This document shows, one piece after another, positions 24,410 to 37,612 of a stretch of 64,000 nucleotides of DNA. Origin of the DNA: Lepidodermella squamata. Its lineage: Eukaryota; Animalia; Gastrotricha. The notes beneath the pieces are model-generated. The model was not told where the DNA came from. It did no database searches and saw nothing but the letters and a program-made list of their open reading frames with translations. The DNA lies in contig JBLDXI010000015.1 in NCBI GenBank assembly GCA_047495785.1, positions 2,480,001 through 2,544,000 of the forward strand, written 5' to 3'. Made by a program: the position numbers and the translations under genes. Positions within the stretch are counted from its first letter, which is position 1. Each line of letters begins with the position of its first letter.

Positions 24410-26543
24410 CTAGAGCTGCATTGGTGGATGTGCAGCTGTGAGAGCTGAGAGAGGAGTTAGATTGCACCCATGCACGCTCCAGTGTGGCAGATTGTCCGCC
24501 ACGCGTTTTGCCTCCATTTGTTCCTCAACACCTAAATCATCGCTCCACCACCGCTTTTTCTCCGCGCCGTTCGTACTGTGGTGTAGCAGCGACCGATTAT
24601 CCTCGAAAGCCCGTAGATCGCACCAGAATGTGTAGTCATTCGTAAACCAAGCGTGGCGTTTGAATTTAGCACAACCAGCGCGATTCCGCGCGGATAGCTC
24701 CATCATTTTACGCACGATATCGCGGCCCTCCTGGCTCACGTCGTTCCAAGCGTCGGGTTTGAAGAAAACCTTCTCATCGCCAACTTGCGCCTTCATGTTC
24801 TCGTGAGGATTGTACGGGAAGACGCCGGTTAGCGATACGTAGACTACCACGCCGCATGCCCAAGTGTCGAGGGAGTTGTTGAAATTCGGAGTTTGGCAGA
24901 TAGCTTCAGGGGGCAGGTAATTCATCGTGCCAACAAATGATCCACGTCTAACTGAGCCTTTGTTCAAGATTCGACTGTAGCCGAAATCGCACAGCTTAAT
25001 CTGGAGCGGAGAAACAAACAAATTTATGAGAGCAACATTCACAGTTTTTGAGCAGGTCACCTGAGGGAAAGGATGTCGCTCGACCAGGAGAACATTCTCG
25101 GGCTGTACAGTAAGAAAATAGGCTTTCAAGATAAATAGGGAGAAGTAATGAACCAACCTTGATGTCGCAGTGAACGACGTCAAATTTGTTGAGAAATGCT
25201 ACCGCCGAGAGAACTTGATATGTGATGAACTTTGTGACGCGTTCGTCAAGTCTTCGATTTGGCTGCTCCAGTATAAAATTAAGGAGGCTAAACATTCGGG
25301 AAAATTCAACGTTAGTCAAAACGTGAAAATCCCTCGAAACCTAGAACCCTAAATCCTAAGTCCTAAATGTTAGCCTGATGTTGATTCTCGATATTGCTTT
25401 GATCCTAACTCTGACTCTAAAACTAACCCTATCCCTAACCTTAGCCTTTGCCCTGATCCTTACCCTCATCCTCTAATCCCAACCATTATCCCCATTCTAG
25501 CAGCCATTTTCATTTTATTTAGGAATCCTAACCCCAACCCCAACCGTAACCCTAAATCCTCGTTTTTAGCCTAATGTTGATTCTCGATATTGCTCTAACC
25601 CTAACCCTAACCTTAACCCTAATCCTAATCCTAACTCTAAGTCTAAAGCTGACCCTATTCCTTATTCCTAACCTGATCCTTAGTCCTAATATCTTTTAAT
25701 CCCAACCCTTGTCCTCACTCTAGCAGCAATTTTCATTGGATTTATGAACCCCGATCTTTGAAATGAACTTACTCGCCATGCAGCTTTTCGGTAGCTATGT
25801 AGATTTTGTCCTTGGTATAGTGGAGTCCTAGGATGCGTATAACACCCGGGTGATTGAGCATTTTAGGTATTTGCGTCTCCGGCTTCAGTTGTTTGATGCT
25901 GGCTTGAGCGTAGTCGATCGCTTTCAGAGCGACAAGCTCTCCACTCGACCTCTGCAGCGCTGTATACACTATGCCATACTGCCCCTGGCCCAACACGTTA
26001 TTCATATTGATTTCGTACAATTCATGGATGTTGCAGTCTGTCTGAACTCGAGGGATCCACACCATGCGAAGAGTTGACATCCAGTTGTTGTAGTACTCGA
26101 ACAATTGTTCAGGGGCTGAGGGTAGAAATGCGATTTCGCTAGGGGTCCTCGTTGATGGCTGACGGTTTCCAACATACAAAATGGTTCCAACAGCACGAAT
26201 TATAAAGAAAAATGGTGAATCTTGACCAGCTTCTTCAACTGCAATAATTTCCTCGAGCTAAAATCAAGAAATTAGAGTGGATTATTGAATTATTCCTAAT
26301 TGTTACCAAAACTTGAACATTAGGCTTGCAACGAGGATCAATTCCATTCGGGTAAAGCGAAACAGCTTGCCGGTTGAGACGCCAGTAGGCGGTTGTCAAA
26401 ACGGTGATATCTCTGGAGAAGGATGATTCAACCCAGCCTTCGAGGATGACATCCCCTAGCTGGCTGTCACGCTTCACCGACGACTTGTGACTCTGTGTTA
26501 ACGGGCGTTGTAAGAACGCCGTTGATCCAGGCGGCTGTTGCAT
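24410..26543 (-). CDS. Protein kinase D-like kinase (PH + kinase domain), paralogue A
   Basis: PKD hallmarks EGW...YWRL, VLGQGQYG, EKLHG, VHCDIKPENVLL...PFPQIKLCDFG, LTGVFPYN and W.DLR.FE. Multi-exon; start codon uncertain. Confidence 0.8.
25330..25745. repeat. Degenerate (CCCTAA)n telomere-like tract arranged as two ~200-bp tandem units, intronic
   Basis: Runs such as CTAACCCTAACCCTAACCTTAACCCTAA. Shared blocks ATGTTGATTCTCGATATTGCT and CTAGCAGC..TTTTCATT each occur twice. Confidence 0.7.
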
Positions 26544-27382
26544 GACGCAAATTGACTTATTGCGACGAGGTAGATCTCGAACACTTAGCAGCATTAAATT
26601 TTCAATGAAAACAAATACAATCGAAATATTGAAAGAAACTCACGTTGATCCACAGGCGTTATTATCGGATTGTTTTAATTAAATTTCGCAATTTCGAAGG
26701 TGGGCTTTTATTGCTGTAATATGATTGAAATGTGTTTTATCAGACCGGAGCATTAAGCAATGAAAAAAGCACACATGCCTCGGAGTCTGCTGGTTCTGTA
26801 CAAAACAAACAGCAGGTATGATGGTAGTAATACAATAATTGTGTCTGAAAATGCTGTAATAATAACAGTATTATATAGCCAAAACATCTGATATGAGAGA
26901 GAGAGCACCGTACGGCCTGTCGCCACGCTATTTTTTGCCGTTGTGCTCACGCTACTACTACTATACTACTATACGTTATGGGCATGTGTAAATTGAAAAA
27001 TTCGGTGCCAGGTGAATAATATTGGTGGCTTATCTCCCGAAATTAACACCTGGAGCAGTTTGATTTCTGATAACCTGACTCTTCTGTGGCTGCGAACACC
27101 TGCTCGCAGCTATTTTAGGCGCAAGATGTCAATATCGACTGCGAAAATTGTAGAAAGTTGGGCGTATGCCAACAAAACCGTTGGTTACCGAGGTAATTGT
27201 GATTATCCAACAAAAATTCGACGACTATTATGAGTTTTTTCATTGAAAATGATAATTTATTCAAATTTTAAATCAACGGAATCCTTTTATGAAATAAATG
27301 ATATAAATAATATTATATAAACAGAGAAACAACAAAGCGTAAATTGCAACCAAGTTTAAAGTGGTCAATTTTATGCATCTTT

Positions 27383-29220
27383 TCAAGGCTTTGCGCCGAC
27401 TTCTTGCCACGGTGGTAGGCCGTAGTTTGCGATGAATTGCTCCATTCTAACGTCGATGCCCAGCTGGGAAAGCCAATGCGACGGCATTATCTCTCCTCTA
27501 ACCGCCGCTTCTTCCTTCAAGCGTTGCTCGAACGCTTTCATATCCGACCAAAATTGGTATGTTGCGAGGTTGATATCCGTGAACCACGGCGCCGTTCTGG
27601 CTCGCTTAATCACCCCACGACGCCGCAAGGTGGATAAGCTCAGCATTTCACGCACCAGGGTCCGAGCGGCTTGAGTGATATCAGGACTCCAACGGTGGGG
27701 CGAAAAAAGATATTCGTCGTTGGACACTTGTTTGACGATATCACCCTTTGTGTTGTATGGGAAAATACCAGTGAGGAAGATGTAGATGACTACTCCGGCT
27801 GACCACGTGTCAACGGTCAGGTCAAAGGCGGCTCTTTCACCCGGACGTACTACAGCCTCAGGTGGGACGTAGTTTTGCGTACCAATCTGCGATCCACCTT
27901 GATAAACCGAGCCTTCATTTAGAACTGTAGTGTAAGTTAAAATTGTTATGAAAATTCAAATATTCAATCTAAGATAGAAGTTTACTTTTTGAGTAACCGA
28001 AATCGCATAATTTTATCTAAAAAAAGAAGAAGAGGATTATATAAAAAAATCAAGGGCTGGGACCATACCGGGACCAACCTTCAATAAACGTTATCAAGAA
28101 CATCCCTCCCCCTCTTCCCAACCCCGAAATAGTACCCACCTACCTGCGCAAACAGATGATTTGTAACCAGCAATATGTTTTCAGGCTAAAATAACAAATG
28201 CAATTATATTATGAGTCCTTTCGAGTTATTTCATGGAAACCTTTAAATCGCAATGAGCCACGTTGTTCGACTCAAGGTAAGACAAGGCGCAAATCATTTG
28301 ATAGGCGTAAAATTTGGACATTCGTTCGTCCAATTTCTTATTCGGTTGTGATAAAATAAGATTCAGCATGCTTACGAAAGAAACGATAAATTATAAAAAA
28401 AATTGATGCTATTAATGTTAAAACTTACTCGCCTCCATGAAGCCTCTCTGAAACGATGTAAAACTTGTCGACAGCTGCGTGTAGTCCGAAAACCCGTATA
28501 ATTCCAGGGTGTTCTAATTTCAGCGGAATTTTAACCTCGCCGATGACCTGTTTCGCCCGAATTCGCACCTGGTCGATAGCTTTAATCGCTACTTCAATGC
28601 CATTCGACCGACTGCGGGCTGAATACACGACGCCGAATTGGCCATAGCCCAAAACGGTGTCGTCCAGCTGGTATAAATCGTGTAGATTGAAATTTAGATC
28701 TTTCGCCAAAGGCTGAATACAAAATTGTCTGATGTGTTCCATCCAATTGATGGACAGCTCCTTCTCTGGAACGGTCGAGTTATCGCCGACGTAGTAAACG
28801 GCGCCCGTTAGCCGAATGACGAAAACATGACGCCAACCAGTTTCGGTCTCTTGATCGACGTAAATGATTCGATCAATCTATCAGACGAAAGGTCATTCAG
28901 GCATAAAATGAAAAATTCAGGTCTCAATTCATTTGTTAACAATATACCGGAATTTCTTCAAAGGGTGGGCTATTGGGATCCTCGGTTGTGTACATAGAAA
29001 TCGCTCGATAACTAAGGCGCCAGAATGCCATAACAGGCTGTTGATCTCGAATTTTGCTGAACTTTACCCAGCTGCATAAAATTGTATCGGCAAGGTATTG
29101 GTTGAACGGTTGCATTAACTGAGCTCGCAACAATTGGTGGTACGGCTGCAGGGGAATATCCTCACCGTAGGAGGGAAACGTCGCCCCTGCTGGTGTTTGA
29201 TCGAACACAGCTTTAGCCAT
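27383..29220 (-). CDS. Protein kinase D-like kinase (PH + kinase), paralogue B
   Basis: FWRLSYRAI...EEIP (PH), VLGYGQFG, VAIK, ERLHG, AHCDLKPEN, IKLCDFG and LTGIFPYN. An in-frame TAA lies immediately before the ATG at 29220. Confidence 0.8.
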
Positions 29221-31085
29221 TTATCGAAGCCTATCAGATGAAAACTGTAAAATATATGCTCACTGCCTGGTGCCTTGAGTTCTGGCCTCGGGCACACGAC
29301 AATTTTTTCTGTGAGCAGCTTTGGAATAAGAATAACGTTAAATCTGAGTTTAACAAAGAAGCGTGCAAGAATAGACGCATGCCACTAAACTCAAGCCATT
29401 TTTTCTTTCATAATACAACACATTGGTCAATGCTTTGGCCATGTGGCATGCGTGAATCATGCAACTGTCGAAAAAGCGGATGCAGTGTTAAAAAATAGTA
29501 CAGAAGTAATTTTGATCTTTTTTATTCAACTGAATGAATATTTGTACATAGTATGTAAGTACGTGAAAATTGCTATTTGTACATAGTTTTGAGATGAAAT
29601 TGCCGAGATCACTAGCTTTCTCAATTTGCATCCGATCAATCCAATCTTTTGCGTGCACATAGCACGGACCTCATGCCCGGACCCCCTACGGAAGAGTCAC
29701 AAAGCTGTATACCGTAAATACTGAACTATAAGTGAGGACCTACTTAGAAGGGAGGACCTATTTAGAAGAGAGGGCTGCAGGCCTTTCGCAGTAATAAAAA
29801 CGAGGACCTAAATTATAGAGAGGGGCAAATGCCAACCTGATGACGTCACCAGGTCGTAATTCGGAAAAATTTATCGAGCCTGTTTTTATTATTATTTGCA
29901 ATATCATGGCTGGGCGAAAACTTTCTGCATTAATATCTTCGCCGACTTCTACTTCGCCGCCTAAGCGCCTAAGATGCGCCTGGCCTCTGTCGAAGAAAAT
30001 CGAGATTTTACGTTTTAATGAAAATAACAGCTTATCCGCTACTTGCGAAAAATATTGCATCCGCGAAAAAGCAAAAGACGGAGCTGCTGATGTTCTTCTT
30101 GCTCTGTCCTTTGGCCATGGCTCTGTAAAACAAAAGTACTGTTCAAACGGACAGTAACATCAAGTACGGCCGATGCCCTGTACTCGCTGTTCAGCTGGAA
30201 AAAGCTCTAGAGCCCAGTACAGCACCCCTGACCGTACTGCTGAGTACGATTGTGTACACATTCGCAATTTGCACGGCCAAACGGCACTGTACTTGTAGTA
30301 CAGGAGAGATGCCGTACTTTTAAGTTGAGGTTTACTGCCCGCAATTATGAAGGCCTCTTTGTCATGCATGTGAGCAACCGGACGTTGCGTCGAAAAAATT
30401 ATTACCTCAATATATGTCCGATTTCGCTCCTTAAAACAATCGCAAATGGAAATATTTACTGAGATAGCGGGCCGTAAGTTCCATCTACTACGTTTTATTG
30501 GCTTCTGAGCACCTAACCCTGAGTTGTCCTGGGGTCGGGTCAGGTCGGGTCTTCAGAGGCACACAACCTAGCGGGTTGCCGCCAAGCTGTGGAACAGTTC
30601 GCATTGCTTACTGCTAAGATCTCATCCATGTTTGTGGCCAAGACATGGCCGACAGCCACTTGGGCAGGAAATAACAATAATAGCAGTTGTCGGCAGAGAG
30701 TGTTTGAATGTCCTTATTGTCGCGGCTACGCTGAAGGCAGCCTGACGACGGCACTGGCATTAGGCAACCAACAAGATACCTATAGCACATTCAGGATTTC
30801 CCTGGCAGTGAGGCTCTGGATCTTTAGCTGGTCAAGCGGTACCACCACGTCAAGGTTCCAGTGCAAAGGTCCGTATATAACATAAAATATAACAACCAAT
30901 AATGCGAAATAACTAGCGAATTTTCAACTATGACTCATGAGATGCAGACACATATTCTATTAAAATGCTAATTTATTCAATTTGACACCGATGAAATACT
31001 TTCATTATATGAAAAATATAATCTAAATAGAAACAACAAGAGAAAAGTGCACCTAAATTCAATGCAGTAAATCTCGCGAATGTTT

Positions 31086-33035
31086 TCAGGGCTTTGCGCC
31101 GACTTCCTGCCACGGCGGTAGGCCATAGCTTGACATGAATTGCTCCATTCTATCGTTAATGCCAAGCTGCGAAAGCCAACGCGACGGCATTTTCCATTCT
31201 TTATGCGCCGCTTCCTCGGCCAACCGTTGCTCAAACGCTTTCATATCCGACCAAAATTGGTAGGTAGCGAAGTTGATGTCTGTGAACCAAGGCGACGTTC
31301 TGGCTCGTTTAATCACACTGCGACGCCGCAGGGTCGACAAGCTCAGCATTTCACGCACAAGGGTCCGAGCCGCTTGAGTTATTTCGGGACTCCAACGGTG
31401 GGGCGAAAATAGGTATTCGTCGTTGGAAACTTGTTTGATGATATCACCCTTGGTGTTGTAAGGGAAAATACCAGTGAGGAAGATGTAGATGACTACTCCG
31501 GCTGACCACGTATCATTGGTCAGGTCGATGGCGGCGCTTTCATCAGGACGCACGACGACCTTTGGTGGGACGTAGTTTCCGCAGCCCATTTCCACTTTTC
31601 GGCAATGAATCGAGCCTTCGTTCAAAACTCGATTAAGAAGTATAATTATCATAAAATTAACAGATCAAAACTTAGAATCAAGCTTACTATTTGAGTGACC
31701 GAAATCGCATAATTTTATCTGAAAAAGGTGAGAAGATAAAAGTTCAGCGGAAGTTACGGGCATCCGATTTGCGCAAAGGTAGAGATGCGACGATAATTCT
31801 TGCCCAACTCGAAAGAGATGTGCTATATGTTCAGTTGTGCAAAAACTGAATTGCGCAAATCTTACTTGACCGCGCCACCATCACAACTTAGCAAGCGAAG
31901 AGGAAAACACGGATGTGATTAGTTATTGAATTCACATTGCAAAACACCGCCTTCAATGCTTGGTCCGGAATCCGGAAAGCAAAGGCCGAAATAGTACCAG
32001 ATCCTAATACTTCGCACACTGATTGAGAATTACCTGCGCAAACGGATGATTCGTAACCAGTAATATGTTTTCGGCCTAAAATAAATGAAAACAATTTTCA
32101 TTGTAAGTTTTTTTCGTGCTCTAAATTGGAAACCTTTAAATCGCAGTGAGCAACGTTCATCAACTCAAGGTAATATAAGGCGCAAATCATTTGATAGGCG
32201 TAAAATTTGGACATTCGCTCGTCTAATTTTCTGTTCGGTTGCGATGAAATAAAATTCAGCATGCTAATGAAAGAAACGATTATTTATAAATTTGTTAATG
32301 CATGTCGCAACTTACTTGTCTCCATGAAGTCTCTCCGAAACGATGTAAAACTTGTCGACAGCTGCGTGTAGTCCGAAAACCCGAATTAGCCCGGGGTGTT
32401 TTAATTTCAGCGGCTTCATCTCACCTATGATCTGTTTCGCCCGAATTCGCAAGAGGTCGATAGCTTTAATCGCTACTTCATTCGACCGACTGCGGGCTGA
32501 ATACACGACGCCAAATTGGCCGAAGCCCAACACAAAATGGACAGCTCATTTTCTGGGACGGTGGAGTTATCGCCAACGTAGTAAACAGCGCCTGTTAGTC
32601 TTATGACGAAAACATGACGCCAACCAGTTTCGGTTTCTTGATCGACGTAAATAATCCGATCGATCTATTAAAGGAAACAAATGAATCAGGCATAGGGTGA
32701 AATATTGAAATTTTTGGATTATATGAAAAATGAACGTTCAAATTAATTTGCTATCAATTTACCGGAATTTCCTCAAACGGAGGGCTATTAGGATCCTCAG
32801 ATGTGTAAATGGAAATCGCTCGATAACTGAGGCGCCAGAATGCCAAAACAGGCTGTTGATTTCGAATCTTGCTGTATTTTACCCAGCTGCATAAAATGGT
32901 ATCGGCAAGGTATTGGTTGAACGGTTGCATTAACTGAGCTCTCAACAATTGGTGGTACGGCTGTAGGGGAATGTCCTCGCCATAGGAGGGAAATCTCGCC
33001 CCTGCGGGTGTTTGATCGAACACGCCTGTCTCCAT
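31086..33035 (-). pseudogene. Protein kinase D-like paralogue C, probably pseudogenised
   Basis: Relative to paralogue D (39679-39773), 95 bp are replaced by 4 bp near 32534, a net -91 frameshift. There are further small deletions, and the APE motif has become PPK. Confidence 0.7.
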
Positions 33036-34278
33036 CGAAGCCTTTGAGATGAAAACTGTTAGATATATGCCCACTGCCTGGTGCCTTGAGTAATGGGCAC
33101 ACGACAATTTTTTTTGTGAGCAGCTTTTGAATAAGAAAGTTAAATCTTAGTTCAGCTAAGAAGCCTGCACGAATAGCTCAAGCTTTTATTTCACTTATAA
33201 ACACTATATTCGTCATGCGTGAGTCATGCTACTGTTGCGAAAGCGGATGCAGAGTTTTTGAATTTCGCGGAAAAAAAATTCATTTTCATTTACTGAAAAT
33301 TTTAAGTCCTCCACTTATTTGATTATCAGAGATCAGAAGTGCAGCAAATTGTTTTGTTCGCAAAATAACCTTTTACAGCCTCCGACGAAATAATTGCCTG
33401 TCTGCAACTGTCGAAAAAGAGGATGCAGTGTTATGAAATTGTACAGAAGTAATTTTGATCCGATTTTCTTTCTGATCAGTTCAAGTCTTCTACCTAATTG
33501 ATTATCAGACGGGCAGTGACTTTTGTAACGGAGTTTTGTAACGGAAACTACCTTCGAAAAACGGAAAACGTTTTATGTCCTTCCCTTCATCCAAAGCATC
33601 AAGCCGACAGCAATTAAACAAGCCCCGATGAGTGAAAAAATGATGAATTTTATGCGAAACCAGCGCGGTGATTTTGTGCTACGGCAGCACGAAATCGTTT
33701 TAGACATTTGCAAACCAGGCGCCGTTGTAGTTTTGGCAACAGACGCCGACCTAATTCGACTTGCCAATTTGAAGATGGTACTTTTAAATGAGTTCCCGAG
33801 ATTATTTAAATACTTGTCACTTTTCTGTCACTGATTGACTACAACAAATTCGCAGTTCATGGTGGCTTCGTGCTGATGACCAATAAAACCGAGGATCTAT
33901 ACCTACGAGTTTTCCAGTACCTTCGGATGGAACCCGATTTTAGCTACAAGTGACTGTTTTAGACAAGCGGACCAATTTCTTCGTCGAGGGAGGTAAAAAT
34001 AAATTGACCCGCTTGACCAAAAGACGTGTTCGCTTTTTGCTCATGAATATTCAAAATAATTTACAGCCTAAAAATTTGAAATGACGGGGCTCCATTCGAA
34101 TTTGTTCTATAATTAAAATTCAAAAATTTAAAATTAATTGGTTCAAGTTCTAAAGATCGCAAAAAGTAGTGTTTTCCGAGATGCTTCCAAGATGAGATGC
34201 ATCTTTGAAGATGAATTCAGATAATGGATGGCAGCATCTGCTTAAAATTTGATCAAAATTCAACAGAAATAGCACAAA

Positions 34279-35584
34279 AGCCCCTTTTACACTACTACTA
34301 TGCGTATGGTAAATGATGGTAATTGATGGTAATTACTCAATTGTTGAATAACAAGGATTAGCTTGCTTTTCAATTTTTTACAGTTTTATCGATCGCGATT
34401 TAGAGTGAACTAAAAGATGATAAAAACATTTCTTTTATTTTGTGCCTTATTTCGAGAGGCATTAAAATTTTGAGTAAAACTGGATCTGATTCCCGAGCTA
34501 TATTCGTGCCTTAGCATATTTTATCGCGAAAAAATAATCGTGAAAATTAGAGAAGCCCTTGACTTGAAGTACATTTTTTGGAAAAATTGCTTGCTGCATA
34601 ATTTATTCAGGAGCTAATTTTTGAATATTTTTCTCCTGGTTCCAAGGTGTTTATTGACTGCTGACTGCTTTTCCCACGAAAAATTGGCACAAAATAATTT
34701 CAGTGGAACCAAATTTCTAGGAACAATTTCGCTAAAATGCGTTTACCAAATTTTGTCTCATTTCACGATTAATTTGAAAAATCGAAATAAATGATAGGTA
34801 AGTATACTCCGTGATGTTCGGTTTGAGGCATGGGCGTCGATTCAAAAGGCAAATTTACTTCCGCTAAGAATATTTTGAAATCCTTGTTGAAGATGTGTAG
34901 CATTTTGTGAGCTTCTGATTATCAAAAAAATCGTCTTGGGTAAACCGCTTCGTCGGCGCTTCAAGAAATTTTCGCAACTTCGAATTATGGTTTATAACGA
35001 TAATTTTAGAAAGTCAAGAAATCGTCGGAATTTCGGTAATCCATATCAAAGGGACTCCTCAAAATATTCCCGAAAATTGTCTGATTTTTAGCCTGATTTC
35101 CTGTCATTTTTCTGTTAATTAATAAAGAAATTATATTAAAAAAATTGGATAGGCATCAATTTTTTGAATAAGAAGAGTGGCAGTTATTTTTCAGTTTCTC
35201 CAACGAAGAGTAAAAAATGCGGCAATTATCGAACCTTGATCGGAAAATAAGGAAGTTCGTTATATCGGTTCCGTTAAAATTGATTAATATGCTAAATTAT
35301 TTCGGTTTTCATTCCTGAACATAGCCTAGGAAAATAAATTCTCCATATTCAGAATTATTGGTTGTATTTCCCTCAATTTATTAAGTAATCCGAGGCCATA
35401 TTTCGAAGGTCATAACGTGAACTCGAATAAACGCTATGAATAAAAACGAATCTGTTAAAAATCGAAAGCAGCAAATTCTTCATTTTGCTGTGTTACTCAC
35501 TCACCATCTGTTGTCACACAATCATTTGTAATTACCATCATTTACCATCATTTACCATTCGAATGGTGTAGTGTAAAAGGGGCT
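34279..35584. mobile_element. PIF/Harbinger-like non-autonomous DNA transposon (~1.3 kb)
   Basis: TIR AGCCCCTTTTACACTAC / GTAGTGTAAAAGGGGCT, subterminal (ATGGTAA(A/T)TG)n repeats at both ends, and 3-bp flanking AAA. Confidence 0.8.
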
Positions 35585-37023
35585 AAATTGGGGTGGAAAG
35601 TAATGACATGATTAATCTCATTCAATATGAAACAATGAACTTTGCTCCTAATTAGTCTGACTTCAGTTTTTCGTTTCCGAAAACTTCTTAGTGCGGCGTC
35701 CTATCTACGTCACATGGCCTTATTGGCTAATAGATTGCCGATTCAGGATTATTGAAACTTGTTTTCGCTGGTAAGGAGTTATCAGCCTATTTATTGCACT
35801 ACAACGCCCTATAGGCGAAAAATCGAAAAATCACAGCAAATAAACACAAGGCAGTTAGATATGTGGTAAGGTTTAGTAAAGATGGCTCCACAATTGAATG
35901 CTTCACAGCCGTCAACTAATCGGCTCGACTTGGCAAGCTTCACAGCCGATGCATGGGGTATATATAATTAAGCGATTGACATAATCAAGTTTACAGTGGC
36001 GTCTTGCATCTAATAGACTTGACCGGTTGCTTCTCATTCGCTAGCTGCTTCTATCTCTTCATTCGGGATCGCATTTTCATTCTTGTGACCTGTCCACTGA
36101 CCTAACGGTGCTTTGCGGTGCCGCCGCGGCGGGGTTCTCTCTTATTGCCACGGGCCTCAGGAATGAGTATTCCTCTTGCCGCCGCATAGAGATGGCTATC
36201 AACGACTCCCATGCGAGCAGCCTCCTCGTGGTCAGCTTCACTCGCTGCCTCTGATGCGCTCCAAACAGCAGCAGATACCTGAGACGACAGAACAATTCAT
36301 TAATCCGGAATAAATATCACACAAGCGAAACTCACAGCAAGAAGCGTGAAGAAGAGTAGTTTGTTCATTCTGTGGACTAAATACCAAGATAAAGTCAAGT
36401 TCAAATATAATGAAGTTTTGATACCATCAGCCGATATTAAATAGCCGCCAGCTCGTGGAGCCTTGCCACCTGTTCAAATTCGGGTTCAATTGCTCCCACT
36501 ACGCGGTTGTGATGAATTATCTCTTTAGTGACGTAGCTAACTTACTTCCCGTGAATATTTCTAATAATTTATCTAAAAGCAAACAATTCGCGCCGTATTG
36601 ACTCTCTGTCTAGACGTGTAAAAAACTGTCTAGACAACGGCATGAAAAATATTAGTTAATGAATAATGGTCAAATGTTGACAATTTTTACGATTCATCTC
36701 CCTCTCCTCCTTCTCTCCGCTACAGTCCTTATGTTACCCTCTTTTCTTTCCGTTTCTTTTTTCTATCTGTTTATGTTATATCCGCTTATAATTCATGTCT
36801 GCGGCCTCCTGTTCCGCCGTGCTTCAAGTTTATTTCTGCCTTCTCACCTCGTCTACCACTAGCATTCCTCTTATCCTTCACCTTCTCCCTGACCGTTAAA
36901 CCTTACGCAGCCGATAATTTCGATCATATGCCTCCCCAATAGTGTAGTCCGTGCACTGTCTAAGACAAGCGCGTGTCCCCGTTGTGCCGGCGCCTTACTT
37001 GTCATGTCTGTTATGTAGTTAAG

Positions 37024-37101
37024 GACCCGTGGGTCGACCCGCCTGGGTCGAGTCGGGCCCGGTCGGGTTTGGGTCCAACATTTTGGACCCGGGGCCAACT
37101 C
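37024..37101. mobile_element. Probable end of a hAT-like MITE (GACCCG-rich subterminal repeats)
   Basis: GACCCG/CGGGTC arrays ending in ...GGCCAACTCT; the partner end was not identified. Confidence 0.4.
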
Positions 37102-37612
37102 TCAGGGACTGTTACGGGAGAGGCTTAGAACATGACAATTCAATGTTAAGAGCACCTGATGCTGAAACTAGTATGTTTGGAAAATGTGCTGAAATCAGCT
37201 GGGCCAATAGGGCGATTTCGACCACATTTTGCACAGCCTTAACGGTGATGGATAGGGACAAGCGGGTTTCTAGATCGCGACCCCTAAAACCTCTAGAAAT
37301 GTTGTCAAATGTTTTTTCTACCGGAGATAAATAAGTCGGCCAAGTAAAGGTTAAGACACACATCTATGAATTGATAAATTTTAGCACAGGATAAAAAAAT
37401 GTATAGCAATAATAAAATTATTATTACCCCAATTTTACGAAGTACTTCGTGACTCTTCAACTACAAAAAATCGATGACTCATGAGATGCAGAAACATTTT
37501 CCATAAAAATGATAGTTTTTCACATCCATGAAATAATATGAGTAATCTAAATAGAAGAAACAACAAATTCAGAGTTTAATTCAGTGGTCAGTGGTCAATT
37601 TCATGAATGTTT

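Noticed and set aside
25141-25183. HCD catalytic-loop motif in the PKD-like kinases as a novelty
   Set aside because: HCDLKPEN is the normal protein kinase D sequence.
29715-30260. GAGGACCTA direct repeats and short ORFs between PKD-B and PKD-C
   Set aside because: Probably a transposon remnant, but I could not find paired ends or a coding signature.
36077-36295. GC-richer stretch faintly resembling a BEL/Pao integrase zinc-binding segment
   Set aside because: Too short and degenerate; the key His/Cys residues are missing and no flanking LTR features are seen.
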